DNA of 64,000 nt, taken from Azolla caroliniana (Eukaryota > Plantae > Polypodiophyta). How positions within the stretch are numbered: the first letter of the stretch is position 1; each line of letters begins with the position of its first letter. Position numbers and translations under genes: made by a program. The notes beneath the pieces are model-generated. The model was not told the DNA's origin and did no database searches. It saw nothing but the letters and a program-made list of their open reading frames with translations. Of the stretch, positions 1 to 13,899 are shown in pieces. Where the stretch lies: NCBI GenBank assembly GCA_043228905.1, contig JBHGNT010000134.1, positions 1 through 64,000 of the forward strand, read 5' to 3'.

Positions 1-3000
1 AACGCTAGCTATGATATGGAATTAAAAAATCAAGATTTTGAAACTCAGGTCGAGAGACATGACGAAATTACCACATTTGAGGAGTGAGGTTGGAAGAGCT
101 AGTAGGTAAATTAAAATGTTCATACCTGGCTCGTGTGGTATCGGATGTTTGTGCTCAAACATGCGAATCGAAGCTAACAACGCTAGCTATGATATGGAAT
201 TAAAAAATCAAGATTCTAAAACTCAGGTCGAGAGACATGACGAAATTACCACATTTGAGGAGGGAGTTCAGAGGAGCTCTTGAGTAAATTAAAATGTTCA
301 TACCTGGCGAGTGTGATATCGGATTTTTGTGTTCAAACATGTGAATCGAAGGTAACAACGCTAGCTATGATATGGAATTAAACATTCAAGATTTTGAAAC
401 TCAGGTCGAGAGACATGACGAAATTACCACATTTGAGGAGGGAGTTCAGAGGAGCTCTTGAGTAAATTAAAATGTTCATACCTGGCGAGTGTGATATCGG
501 ATTTTTGTGTTCAAACATGCGAATCGAAGCTAACAACGTTAGCTATGATATGGAATTAAACATTCAAGATTTTGAAACTCAAGTCGAGAGACATGACGAA
601 ATTACCAAATTTTAGGAGGGAGTTCAGAGGAGCTCTTGAGTAAATTAAAATGTTCATACCTAGCGAGTGTGATATCGGATTTTTGTGTTCAAACTTGCGA
701 ATCGAAGCTAACAACGCTAGCTATGATATGGAATTAAAAAATCAAGATTTTAAAACTCAGGTCGAGAGACATGACGAAATTACCAAATTTGAGGAATGAG
801 TTGAGAAGAGCTAGTACGTAAATTAAAATGTTCATACCTGGCGAGTGTGATATCAGATTTTTGTGTTCAAACATGCGAATCGAAGCTAACAACGCTAGCT
901 ATGATATGGAATTAAAAAATCAAGATTTTGAAACTCAGGTCGAGAGACATGACGAAATTACCAAATTTAAGGTATTAGTTGAGAAGAGCTAGTAGGTAAA
1001 TTAAAATGTTCATACCTGGCTCGTGTGATATCGGATGTTTGTGTTCAAATATGCGAATCGAAGCTAACAACGCTTGCTATGATATGGAGTTAAAAAATCA
1101 AGATTTTGAATCTCAGGTCGAGAGACATGACGAAATTACCAAATTTGAGGACTAAGTTAAGAAGAGCTAGTAGGTAAATTAAAATGTTCATACCTGGCTC
1201 GTGTGATATCGGATTTTTGTGTTCAAACATGTGAATCGAAGCTAACAACGCTAGCTATGATATGGAATTAAAAAATGAAGATTTTGAAACTCAGGTCGAG
1301 AGACATGACGAAATTACCAAATTTGAGGAGGGAGTTGAGAGGAGCCCTTGAGTAAATTAAAATGTTCATACCTGGCGAGTGTGATATCGGATTTTTGTGT
1401 TCAAACTTGCGAATCGAAGCTAACAACGCTAGCTATCATCTGGAATTAAAAAATCAAGATTTTGAAACTCAGGTCGAGAGACATGACGAAATTACCAAAT
1501 TTGAGGAGGGAGTTTAGAGGAGCTAGTAGGTAAATTAAAATGTTCATACCTGGCTCGTGTGATATCGGATTTTTGTTTTCAAACTTGCGAATCGAAGCTA
1601 ACAACGCAGGCTATGATATGGAATTAAAAAATCAAGATTTTGAAACTCAGGTCGAGAGACATGACGAAATTACCACATTTGAGGAGGGAGTTCAAAGGAT
1701 CCCTTGAGTAAAGGAAAATGTTCATACCTGGCGAGTGTGATATCGGATTTTTGTGTTCAAACTTGCGAATCGAAGCTAACAACGCTAGCTATGATATGGA
1801 ATTAAAAAATCAAGATTTTAAAACTCAGGTCGAGAGACATGACGAAATTACCACATTTGAGGAGGGAGTTCAGAGGAGCTCTTGAGTAAATTAAAATGTT
1901 CATACCTGGCGAGTGTGATATCGGATTTTTGTGTTCAAACATGTGAATCGAAGGTAACAACGCTAGCTATGATATGGAATTAAACATTCAAGATTTTGAA
2001 ACTCAGGTCGAGAGACATGACGAAATTACCACATTTGAGGAGGGAGTTCAGAGGAGCTCTTGAGTAAATTAAAATGTTCATACCTGGCTCGTGTGATATC
2101 GGATTTTTGTATTCAAACATGCGAATCGAAGCTAACAACGCTAGCTATGATATGGAATTAAAAAATCAAGATTTTGAAACTCAGGTCGAGAGACATGACG
2201 AAATTACCAAATTTGAGGAGGGAGTTGAGAGGAGCCCTTGAGTAAATTAAAATGTTCATACCTGGCGAGTGTGATATCGGATTTTTGTGTTCAAACTTGC
2301 GAATCGAAGCTAACAACGCTAGCTATCATCTGGAATTAAAAAATCAAGATTTTGAAACTCAGGTCGAGAGACATGACGAAATTACCACATTTGAGGAGTG
2401 AGGTTGGAAGAGCTAGTAGGTAAATTAAAATGTTCATACCTGGCTCGTGTGGTATCGGATGTTTGTGCTCAAACATGCGAATCGAAGCTAACAACGCTAG
2501 CTATGATATGGAATTAAAAAATCAAGATTTTAAAACTCAGGTCGAGAGACATGACGAAATTACCACATTTGAGGAGGGAGTTCAGAGGAGCTCTTGAGTA
2601 AATTAAAATGTTCATACCTGGCGAGTGTGATATCGGATTTTTGTGTTCAAACATGTGAATCGAAGGTAACAACGCTAGCTATGATATGGAATTAAACATT
2701 CAAGATTTTGAAACTCAGGTCGAGAGACATGACGAAATTACCACATTTGAGGAGGGAGTTCAGAGGAGCTCTTGAGTAAATTAAAATGTTCATACCTGGC
2801 GAGTGTGATATCGGATTTTTGTGTTCAAACATGCGAATCGAAGCTAACAACGTTAGCTATGATATGGAATTAAACATTCAAGATTTTGAAACTCAAGTCG
2901 AGAGACATGACGAAATTACCAAATTTTAGGAGGGAGTTCAGAGGAGCTCTTGAGTAAATTAAAATGTTCATACCTAGCGAGTGTGATATCGGATTTTTGT

Positions 3001-4400
3001 GTTCAAACTTGCGAATCGAAGCTAACAACGCTAGCTATGATATGGAATTAAAAAATCAAGATTTTAAAACTCAGGTCGAGAGACATGACGAAATTACCAA
3101 ATTTGAGGAATGAGTTGAGAAGAGCTAGTACGTAAATTAAAATGTTCATACCTGGCGAGTGTGATATCAGATTTTTGTGTTCAAACATGCGAATCGAAGC
3201 TAACAACGCTAGCTATGATATGGAATTAAAAAATCAAGATTTTGAAACTCAGGTCGAGAGACATGACGAAATTACCAAATTTAAGGTATTAGTTGAGAAG
3301 AGCTAGTAGGTAAATTAAAATGTTCATACCTGGCTCGTGTGATATCGGATGTTTGTGTTCAAATATGCGAATCGAAGCTAACAACGCTTGCTATGATATG
3401 GAGTTAAAAAATCAAGATTTTGAATCTCAGGTCGAGAGACATGACGAAATTACCAAATTTGAGGACTAAGTTAAGAAGAGCTAGTAGGTAAATTAAAATG
3501 TTCATACCTGGCTCGTGTGATATCGGATTTTTGTGTTCAAACATGTGAATCGAAGCTAACAACGCTAGCTATGATATGGAATTAAAAAATGAAGATTTTG
3601 AAACTCAGGTCGAGAGACATGACGAAATTACCAAATTTGAGGAGGGAGTTGAGAGGAGCCCTTGAGTAAATTAAAATGTTCATACCTGGCGAGTGTGATA
3701 TCGGATTTTTGTGTTCAAACTTGCGAATCGAAGCTAACAACGCTAGCTATCATCTGGAATTAAAAAATCAAGATTTTGAAACTCAGGTCGAGAGACATGA
3801 CGAAATTACCAAATTTGAGGAGGGAGTTTAGAGGAGCTAGTAGGTAAATTAAAATGTTCATACCTGGCTCGTGTGATATCGGATTTTTGTTTTCAAACTT
3901 GCGAATCGAAGCTAACAACGCAGGCTATGATATGGAATTAAAAAATCAAGATTTTGAAACTCAGGTCGAGAGACATGACGAAATTACCACATTTGAGGAG
4001 GGAGTTCAAAGGATCCCTTGAGTAAAGGAAAATGTTCATACCTGGCGAGTGTGATATCGGATTTTTGTGTTCAAACTTGCGAATCGAAGCTAACAACGCT
4101 AGCTATGATATGGAATTAAAAAATCAAGATTTTAAAACTCAGGTCGAGAGACATGACGAAATTACCACATTTGAGGAGGGAGTTCAGAGGAGCTCTTGAG
4201 TAAATTAAAATGTTCATACCTGGCGAGTGTGATATCGGATTTTTGTGTTCAAACATGTGAATCGAAGGTAACAACGCTAGCTATGATATGGAATTAAACA
4301 TTCAAGATTTTGAAACTCAGGTCGAGAGACATGACGAAATTACCACATTTGAGGAGGGAGTTCAGAGGAGCTCTTGAGTAAATTAAAATGTTCATACCTG
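1..4400 (+). repeat. 13-monomer (2314-bp) higher-order tandem duplication
   Basis: Rare variants recur at offset 2314 (13x178): GGAGTGAGGTTGG at 81 and 2395, GGACTAAGTTAAG at 1149 and 3463, GGATCC at 1697 and 4011. Confidence 0.92.
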
Positions 4401-4809
4401 GCGAGTGTGATATCGGATTTTTGTGTTCAAACATGCGAATCGAAGCTAACAACGTTAGCTATGATATGGAATTAAACATTCAAGATTTTGAAACTCAAGT
4501 CGAGAGACATGACGAAATTACCAAATTTTAGGAGGGAGTTCAGAGGAGCTCTTGAGTAAATTAAAATGTTCATACCTAGCGAGTGTGATATCGGATTTTT
4601 GTGTTCAAACTTGCGAATCGAAGCTAACAACGCTAGCTATGATATGGAATTAAAAAATCAAGATTTTGAAACTAAGGTCGAGAGACATGACCAAATTACC
4701 AAATTTAAGGAATGAGTTGAGAAGAGCTAGTAGGTAAATTAAAATGTTCATACCTGGCTCGTGTGATATCGGATTTTTGTGTTCAAACATGCGAATCGAA
4801 GCTAACAAC

Positions 4810-7800
4810 GCTAGCTATGATATGGAGTTAAAAAATCAAGATTTGGAAACTCAGGTCGAGAGACATGACGAAATTACCAAATTTGAGGAGGGAGTTGAGA
4901 GGAGCCCTTTAGTAAATTAAAATGTTCATACCTGGCGAGTGTGATATCGGATTTTTGTGTTCCAACTTGCGAATCGAAGCTAACAACGCAGGCTATGATA
5001 TGGAATTAAACATCCTAGATTTTGAAACTCAGGTCGAGAGACATGACGAAATTACCACATTTGAGGAGGGAGTTCAGAGGAGCTCTTGAGTAAATTAAAA
5101 TGTTCATACCTGGCGAGTGTGATATCGGATTTTTGTGTTCAAACATGCGAATCGAAGCTAACAACGCTAGCTATGATATGGAATTAAAAAATCAAGATTT
5201 TGAAACTCAGGTCGAGAGACATGACGAAATTACCACATTTGAGGAGGGAGTTGAGAGGAGCTCTTGAGTAAATTAAAATGTTCATACCTGGCGAGTGTGA
5301 TATCGGATTTTTGTTTTCAAACTTGTGAATCGAAGCTAACAACGCAGGCTATGATATGGAATTAAAAAATCAAGATTTTGAAACTCAGGTCGAGAGACAT
5401 GACGAAATTACCACATTTGAGGAGGGAGTTCAAAGGAGCCCTTGAGTAAAGGAAAATGTTCATACCTGGCGAGTGTGATATCGGATTTTTGTGTTCAAAC
5501 ATGCGAATCGAAGCTAACAACGCTAGCTATGATATGGAATTAAACATTCAAGATTTTGAAACTCAGGTCGAGAGACATGACGAAATTACGACATTTGAGG
5601 AGGGAGTTCAGAGGAGGTCTTGAGTAAATTAAAATGTTCATACCTGGCGAGTGTGATATCGGATTTTTGTGTTCAAACATGGAATCGAAGCTAACAACGC
5701 TAGCTATGATATGGAATTAAAAAATCAAGATTTTGAAACTCAGGTCGAGAGACATGACGAAATTACCACATTTGAGGAGGGAGTTCAGAGGAGCTCTTGA
5801 GTAAATTAAAATGTTCATACCTGGCGAGTGTGATATCGGATTTTTGTGTTCAAACCTGCGAATCGAAGCTAACAACGTTAGCTATGATAAGGAATTAAAC
5901 ATTCAAGATTTTGAAACTCAAGTCGAGAGACATGACGAAATTACCAAATTTTAGGAGGGAGTTCAGAGGAGCTCTTGAGTAAATTAAAATGTTCATACCT
6001 AGCGAGTGTGATATCGGATTTTTGTGTTCAAACTTGCGAATCGAAGCTAACAACGCTAGCTATGATATGGAATTAAAAAATCAAGATTTTGAAACTCAGG
6101 TCGAGAGACATGACGAAATTACCAAATTTAAGGTATTAGTTGAGAAGAGCTAGTAGGTAAATTAAAATGTTCATACCTGGCTCGTGTGATATCGCATTTT
6201 TGTGTTCAAACATGTGAATCGAAGCTAACAACGCTAGCTATGATATGGAATTAAAAAATCAAGATTTTAAAACTCAGGTCGAGAGACATGACGAAATTAC
6301 CAAATTTGAGGAATGAGTTGAGAAGAGCTAGTACGTAAATTAAAATGTTCATACCTGGCGAGTGTGATATCAGATTTTTGTGTTCAAACATGCGAATCGA
6401 AGCTAACAACGCTAGCTATGATATGGAATTAAAAAATCAAGATTTTGAAACTCAGGTCGAGAGACATGACGAAATTACCAAATTTAAGGTATTAGTTGAG
6501 AAGAGCTAGTAGGTAAATTAAAATGTTCATACCTGGCTCGTGTGATATCGGATGTTTGTGTTCAAATATGCGAATCGAAGCTAACAACGCTAGCTATGAT
6601 ATGGAGTTAAAAAATCAAGATTTGGAAACTCAGGTCGAGAGACATGACGAAATTACCAAATTTGAGGAGGGAGTTGAGAGGAGCCCTTTAGTAAATTAAA
6701 ATGTTCATACCTGGCGAGTGTGATATCGGATTTTTGTGTTCCAACTTGCGAATCGAAGCTAACAACGCAGGCTATGATATGGAATTAAACATCCTAGATT
6801 TTGAAACTCAGGTCGAGAGACATGACGAAATTACCACATTTGAGGAGGGAGTTCAGAGGAGCTCTTGAGTAAATTAAAATGTTCATACCTGGCGAGTGTG
6901 ATATCGGATTTTTGTGTTCAAACATGCGAATCGAAGCTAACAACGCTAGCTATGATATGGAATTAAAAAATCAAGATTTTGAAACTCAGGTCGAGAGACA
7001 TGACGAAATTACCACATTTGAGGAGGGAGTTGAGAGGAGCTCTTGAGTAAATTAAAATGTTCATACCTGGCGAGTGTGATATCGGATTTTTGTTTTCAAA
7101 CTTGTGAATCGAAGCTAACAACGCAGGCTATGATATGGAATTAAAAAATCAAGATTTTGAAACTCAGGTCGAGAGACATGACGAAATTACCACATTTGAG
7201 GAGGGAGTTCAAAGGAGCCCTTGAGTAAAGGAAAATGTTCATACCTGGCGAGTGTGATATCGGATTTTTGTGTTCAAACATGCGAATCGAAGCTAACAAC
7301 GCTAGCTATGATATGGAATTAAACATTCAAGATTTTGAAACTCAGGTCGAGAGACATGACGAAATTACGACATTTGAGGAGGGAGTTCAGAGGAGGTCTT
7401 GAGTAAATTAAAATGTTCATACCTGGCGAGTGTGATATCGGATTTTTGTGTTCAAACATGGAATCGAAGCTAACAACGCTAGCTATGATATGGAATTAAA
7501 AAATCAAGATTTTGAAACTCAGGTCGAGAGACATGACGAAATTACCACATTTGAGGAGGGAGTTCAGAGGAGCTCTTGAGTAAATTAAAATGTTCATACC
7601 TGGCGAGTGTGATATCGGATTTTTGTGTTCAAACCTGCGAATCGAAGCTAACAACGTTAGCTATGATAAGGAATTAAACATTCAAGATTTTGAAACTCAA
7701 GTCGAGAGACATGACGAAATTACCAAATTTTAGGAGGGAGTTCAGAGGAGCTCTTGAGTAAATTAAAATGTTCATACCTAGCGAGTGTGATATCGGATTT

Positions 7801-7830
7801 TTGTGTTCAAACTTGCGAATCGAAGCTAAC
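4810..7830 (+). repeat. Local 10-monomer-offset duplication (1779 bp)
   Basis: CGAAATTACGAC at 5581 and 7360. The 1-bp deletion variant AAACATGGAATCG and the CATCCTAG and GATAAGG variants recur at the same offset. About 7 monomers are repeated, separated by 3 AAGGTATTAG/AGTACGT-type monomers. Confidence 0.85.
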
Positions 7831-7989
7831 AACGCTAGCTATGATATGGAATTAAAAAATCAAGATTTTGAAACTAAGGTCGAGAGACATGACCAAATTA
7901 CAAAATTTAAGGAATGAGTTGAGAAGAGCTAGTAGGTAAATTAAAATGTTCATACCTGGCTCGTGTGATATCGGATTTTTGTGTTCAAA

Positions 7990-10900
7990 CATGCGAATCG
8001 AAGCTAACAACACTAGCTATGATATGGAATTAAAAAATCAAGATTTTGAAACTCAGGTCGAGAGCCATGACGAAATTACCACATTTGAGGAGGGAGTTGA
8101 GAGGAGCACTTGAGTAAATTAAAATGTTCATACCTAGCGAGTGTGATATTGGATTTTTGTTTTCAAACCTCCGAATCGAAGCTAACAACGCAGGCTATGA
8201 TATGGAATTAGAAAATCAAGATTTTGAAACTCAGATCGAGAGCCATGACGAAATTACCACATTTGAGGAGGGAGTTCAAAGGAGCCCTTGAGTAAATTAA
8301 AATGTTCATACCTGGCTCGTGTGATATCGGATTTTTGTGTTCAAACATGCGAATCGAAGCTAACAACGCTAGCTATGATATGGAATTAAAAAATCAAGAT
8401 TTTGAAACTCAGGTCAAGAGACATGACGAAATTACCAAATTTCAGGAGGGAGTTGAGAGGAGCACTTGAGTAAATTAAAATGTTCATACCTAGCGAGTGT
8501 GATATTGGATTTTTGTTTTCAAACCTCCGAATCGAAGCTAACAACGCAGGCTATGATATGGAATTAGAAAATCAAGATTTTGAAACTCAGGTCGAGAGAC
8601 ATGACGAAATTACCACATTTGAGGAGGGAGTTCAGAGGAGCTCTTGAGTAAATTAAAATGTTCATACCTGGCGAGTGTGATATCGGATTTTTGTGTTCAA
8701 ACTTGCGAATCGAAGCTAATAACGCTAGCTATGATATGGAATTAAAAAATCAAGATTTTGAAACTCAGGTCGAGAGACATGACGAAATTACCACATTTGA
8801 GGAGGGAGTTGAGAGGAGCTCTTGAGTAAATTAAAATGTTCATACCTGGCGAGTGTGATATCGGATTTTTGTTTTCAAACTTGTGAATCGAAGCTAACAA
8901 CGCAGGCTATGATATGGAATTAAAAAATCAAGATTTTGAAACTCAGGTCGAGAGACATGACGAAATTACCACATTTGAGGAGGGAGTTCAAAGGAGCCCT
9001 TGAGTAAAGGAAAATGTTCATACCTGGCGAGTGTGATATCGGATTTTTGTGTTCAAACATGCGAATCGAAGCTAACAACGCTAGCTATGATATGGAATTA
9101 AACATTGAAGATTTTGAAACTCAGGTCGAGAGACATGACGAAATTACCACATTTGAGGAGGGAGTTCAGAGGAGGTCTTGAGTAAATTAAAATGTTCATA
9201 CCTGGCGAGTGTGATATCGGATTTTTGTGTTCAAACATGGAATCGAAGCTAACAACGCTAGCTATGATATGGAATGAAAAAATCAAGATTTTGAAACTCA
9301 GGTCGAGAGACATGACGAAATTACCACATTTGAGGAGGGAGTTCAGAGGAGCTCTTGAGTAAATTAAAATGTTCATACCTGGCGAGTGTGATATCGGATT
9401 TTTGTATTCAAACCTGCGAATCGAAGCTAACAACGTTAGCTATGATAAGGAATTAAACATTCAAGATTTTGAAACTCAAGTCGAGAGACATGACGAAATT
9501 ACCAAATTTTAGGAGGGAGTTCAGAGGAGCTCTTGAGTAAATTAAAATGTTCATACCTAGCGAGTGTGATATCGGATTTTTGTGTTCAAACTTGCGAATC
9601 GAAGCTAACAACGCTAGCTATGATATGGAATTAAAAAATCAAGATTTTGAAACTAAGGTCGAGAGACATGACCAAATTACAAAATTTAAGGAATGAGTTG
9701 AGAAGAGCTAGTAGGTAAATTAAAATGTTCATACCTAGCTCGTGTGATATCGGATTTTTGTGTTCAAACATGCGAATCGAAGCTAACAACGCTAGCTATG
9801 ATATGGAGTTAAAAAATCAAGATTTGGAAACTCAGGTCGAGAGACATGACGAAATTACCAAATTTGAGGAGGGAGTTGAGAGGAGCCCTTTAGTAAATTA
9901 AAATGTTCATACCTGGCGAGTGTGATATCGGATTTTTGTGTTCCAACTTGCGAATCGAAGCTAACAACGCAGGCTATGATATGGAATTAAACATCCTAGA
10001 TTTTGAAACTCAGGTCGAGAGACATGACGAAATTACCACATTTGAGGAGGGAGTTCAGAGGAGCTCTTGAGTAAATTAAAATGTTCATACCTGGCGAGTG
10101 TGATATCGGATTTTTGTGTTCAAACATGCGAATCGAAGCTAACAACGCTAGCTATGATATGGAATTAAAAATCAAGATTTTGAAACTCAGGTCGAGAGAC
10201 ATGACGAAATTACCACATTTGAGGAGGGAGTTGAGAGGAGCTCTTGAGTAAATTAAAATGTTCATACCTGGCGAGTGTGATATCGGATTTTTGTTTTCAA
10301 ACTTGTGAATCGAAGCTAACAACGCAGGCTATGATATGGAATTAAAAAATCAAGATTTTGAAACTCAGGTCGAGAGACATGACGAAATTACCACATTTGA
10401 GGAGGGAGTTCAAAGGAGCCCTTGAGTAAAGGAAAATGTTCATACCTGGCGAGTGTGATATCGGATTTTTGTGTTTAAACTTGCGAATCGAAGCTAACAA
10501 CGCTAGCTATGATATGGAATTAAAAAATCAAGATTTTGAAACTCAGGTCGAGAGACATGACGAAATTACCACATTTGAGGAGGGAGTTCAGAGGAGCTCT
10601 TGAGTAAATTAAAATGTTCATACCTGGCGAGTGTGATATCGGATTTTTGTGTTCAAACCTGCGAATCGAAGCTAACAACGTTAGCTATGATAAGAAATTA
10701 AACATTCAAGATTTTGAAACTCAAGTCGAGAGACATGACGAAATTACCAAATTATAGGAGGGAGTTCAGAGGAGCTCTTGAGTAAACTAAAATGTTCATA
10801 CCTAGCGAGTGTGATATCGGATTTTTGTGTTCAAACTTGCGAATCGAAGCTAACAACGCTAGCTATGATATGGAATTAAAAAATCAAGATTTTGAAACTA

Positions 10901-12260
10901 AGGTCGAGAGACATGACCAAATTACCAAATTTAAGGAATGAGTTGAGAAGAGCTAGTAGGTAAATTAAAATGTTCATACCTGGCTCGTGTGATATCGGAT
11001 TTTTGTGTTCAAACATGCGAATCGAAGCTAACAACGCTAGCTATGATATGGAGTTAAAAAATCAAGATTTGGAAACTCAGGTCGAGAGACATGACGAAAT
11101 TACCAAATTTGAGGAGGGAGTTGAGAGGAGCCCTTTAGTAAATTAAAATGTTCATACCTGGCGAGTGTGATATCGGATTTTTGTGTTCCAACTTGCGAAT
11201 CGAAGCTAACAACGCAGGCTATGATATGGAATTAAACATCCTAGATTTTGAAACTCAGGTCGAGAGACATGACGAAATTACCACATTTGAGGAGGGAGTT
11301 CAGAGGAGCTCTTGAGTAAATTAAAATGTTCATACCTGGCGAGTGTGATATCGGATTTTTGTGTTCAAACTTGCGAATCGAAGCTAACAACGCTAGCTAT
11401 GATATGGAATTAAAAAATCAAGATTTTGAAACTAAGGTCGAGAGACATGACCAAATTACCAAATTTAAGGAATGAGTTGAGAAGAGCTAGTAGGTAAATT
11501 AAAATGTTCATACCTGGCTCGTGTGATATCGGATTTTTGTGTTCAAACATGCGAATCGAAGCTAACAACGCTAGCTATGATATGGAGTTAAAAAATCAAG
11601 ATTTGGAAACTCAGGTCGAGAGACATGACGAAATTACCAAATTTGAGGAGGGAGTTGAGAGGAGCCCTTTAGTAAATTAAAATGTTCATACCTGGCGAGT
11701 GTGATATCGGATTTTTGTGTTCAAACATGCGAATCGAAGCTAACAACGCTAGCTATGATATGGAATTAAAAAATCAAGATTTTGAAACTCAGGTCGAGAG
11801 ACATGACGAAATTACCACATTTGAGGAGGGAGTTAAGAGGAGCTCTTGAGTAAATTAAAATGTTCATACCTGGCGAGTGTGATATCGGATTTTTGTGTTC
11901 AAACTTGCGAATCGAAGCTAACAACGCTAGCTATGATATGGAATTAAAAAATCAAGATTTTGAAACTAAGGTCGAGAGACATGGCGAAATTACCAAATTT
12001 AAGGAATGAGTTGAGAAGAGCTAGTAGGTAAATTAAAATGTTCATACCTGGCTCGTGTGATATCGGATTTTTGTGTTCAAACATGCGAATCGAAGCTAAC
12101 AACGCTAGCTATGATATGGAGTTAAAAAATCAAGATTTGGAAACTCAGGTCGAGAGACATGACGAAATTACCAAATTTGAGGAGGGAGTTGAGAGGAGCC
12201 CTTTAGTAAATTAAAATGTTCATACCTGGCGAGTGTGATATCGGATTTTTGTGTTCAAAC
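7990..12260 (+). repeat. 24-monomer HOR block, copy 1
   Basis: Markers CACTAGC (8011), CATTGAAG/GGAATGAAAA (ORF at 9098) and GGCGAAA (11983) recur at +14948 in copy 2. Confidence 0.88.
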
Positions 12261-13899
12261 ATGTGAATCGAAGCTAACAACGCTAGCTATGATATGGAAT
12301 TAAAAAATCAAGATTTTGAAACTCAGGTCGAGAGACATGACGAAATTACCACATTTGAGGAGTGAGGTTGGAAGAGCTAGTAGGTAAATTAAAATGTTCA
12401 TACCTGGCTCGTGTGGTATCGGATGTTTGTGCTCAAACATGCGAATCGAAGCTAACAACGCTAGCTATGATATGGAATTAAAAAATCAAGATTTTAAAAC
12501 TCAGGTCGAGAGACATGACGAAATTACCACATTTGAGGAGGGAGTTCAGAGGAGCTCTTGAGTAAATTAAAATGTTCATACCTGGCGAGTGTGATATCGG
12601 ATTTTTGTGTTCAAACATGTGAATCGAAGGTAACAACGCTAGCTATGATATGGAATTAAACATTCAAGATTTTGAAACTCAGGTCGAGAGACATGACGAA
12701 ATTACCACATTTGAGGAGGGAGTTCAGAGGAGCTCTTGAGTAAATTAAAATGTTCATACCTAGCGAGTGTGATATCGGATTTTTGTGTTCAAACTTGCGA
12801 ATCGAAGCTAACAACGCTAGCTATGATATGGAATTAAAAAATCAAGATTTTGAAACTAAGGTCGAGAGACATGACCAAATTACAAAATTTAAGGAATGAG
12901 TTGAGAAGAGCTAGTAGGTAAATTAAAATGTTCATACCTGGCTCGTGTGATATCGGATTTTTGTGTTCAAACATGCGAATCGAAGCTAACAACACTAGCT
13001 ATGATATGGAATTAAAAAATCAAGATTTTGAAACTCAGGTCGAGAGCCATGACGAAATTACCACATTTGAGGAGGGAGTTGAGAGGAGCACTTGAGTAAA
13101 TTAAAATGTTCATACCTAGCGAGTGTGATATTGGATTTTTGTTTTCAAACCTCCGAATCGAAGCTAACAACGCAGGCTATGATATGGAATTAGAAAATCA
13201 AGATTTTGAAACTCAGATCGAGAGCCATGACGAAATTACCACATTTGAGGAGGGAGTTCAAAGGAGCCCTTGAGTAAATTAAAATGTTCATACCTGGCTC
13301 GTGTGATATCGGATTTTTGTGTTCAAACATGCGAATCGAAGCTAACAACGCTAGCTATGATATGGAATTAAAAAATCAAGATTTTGAAACTCAGGTCAAG
13401 AGACATGACGAAATTACCAAATTTCAGGAGGGAGTTGAGAGGAGCACTTGAGTAAATTAAAATGTTCATACCTAGCGAGTGTGATATTGGATTTTTGTTT
13501 TCAAACCTCCGAATCGAAGCTAACAACGCAGGCTATGATATGGAATTAGAAAATCAAGATTTTGAAACTCAGGTCGAGAGACATGACGAAATTACCACAT
13601 TTGAGGAGGGAGTTCAGAGGAGCTCTTGAGTAAATTAAAATGTTCATACCTGGCGAGTGTGATATCGGATTTTTGTGTTCAAACTTGCGAATCGAAGCTA
13701 ATAACGCTAGCTATGATATGGAATTAAAAAATCAAGATTTTGAAACTCAGGTCGAGAGACATGACGAAATTACCACATTTGAGGAGGGAGTTGAGAGGAG
13801 CTCTTGAGTAAATTAAAATGTTCATACCTGGCGAGTGTGATATCGGATTTTTGTTTTCAAACTTGTGAATCGAAGCTAACAACGCAGGCTATGATATGG

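Noticed and set aside
125-165. Pol III A-box/B-box-like motifs (TGGCGAGTGTG, GTTCAAAC) suggesting tRNA or SINE origin
   Set aside because: Both matches are imperfect, the spacing is too short, a T5 run lies between them, and no cloverleaf is evident.
1-178. Identity with Arabidopsis CEN178, maize knob180, alpha satellite or the Trypanosoma 177-bp repeat
   Set aside because: Only the length is similar. The sequence does not resemble those consensuses as I recall them. Family assignment needs a database search.
40-178. CENP-B box (TTCGNNNNANNCGGG)
   Set aside because: Minus-strand TTCG motifs exist, but none is followed by the required A and CGGG positions.
1-178. Short palindromes (GCTAGC, GATATC, GAGCTC, TCGA) as cruciform or regulatory sites
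   Set aside because: They are only 4-6 bp long, expected by chance and too short for stable structures. They are useful only as restriction sites.
255-280. G-quadruplex in the purine-rich GAGGAGGGAGTTCAGAGGAG tract
   Set aside because: It has only one GGG and two GG runs, which is not a canonical four-tract motif.
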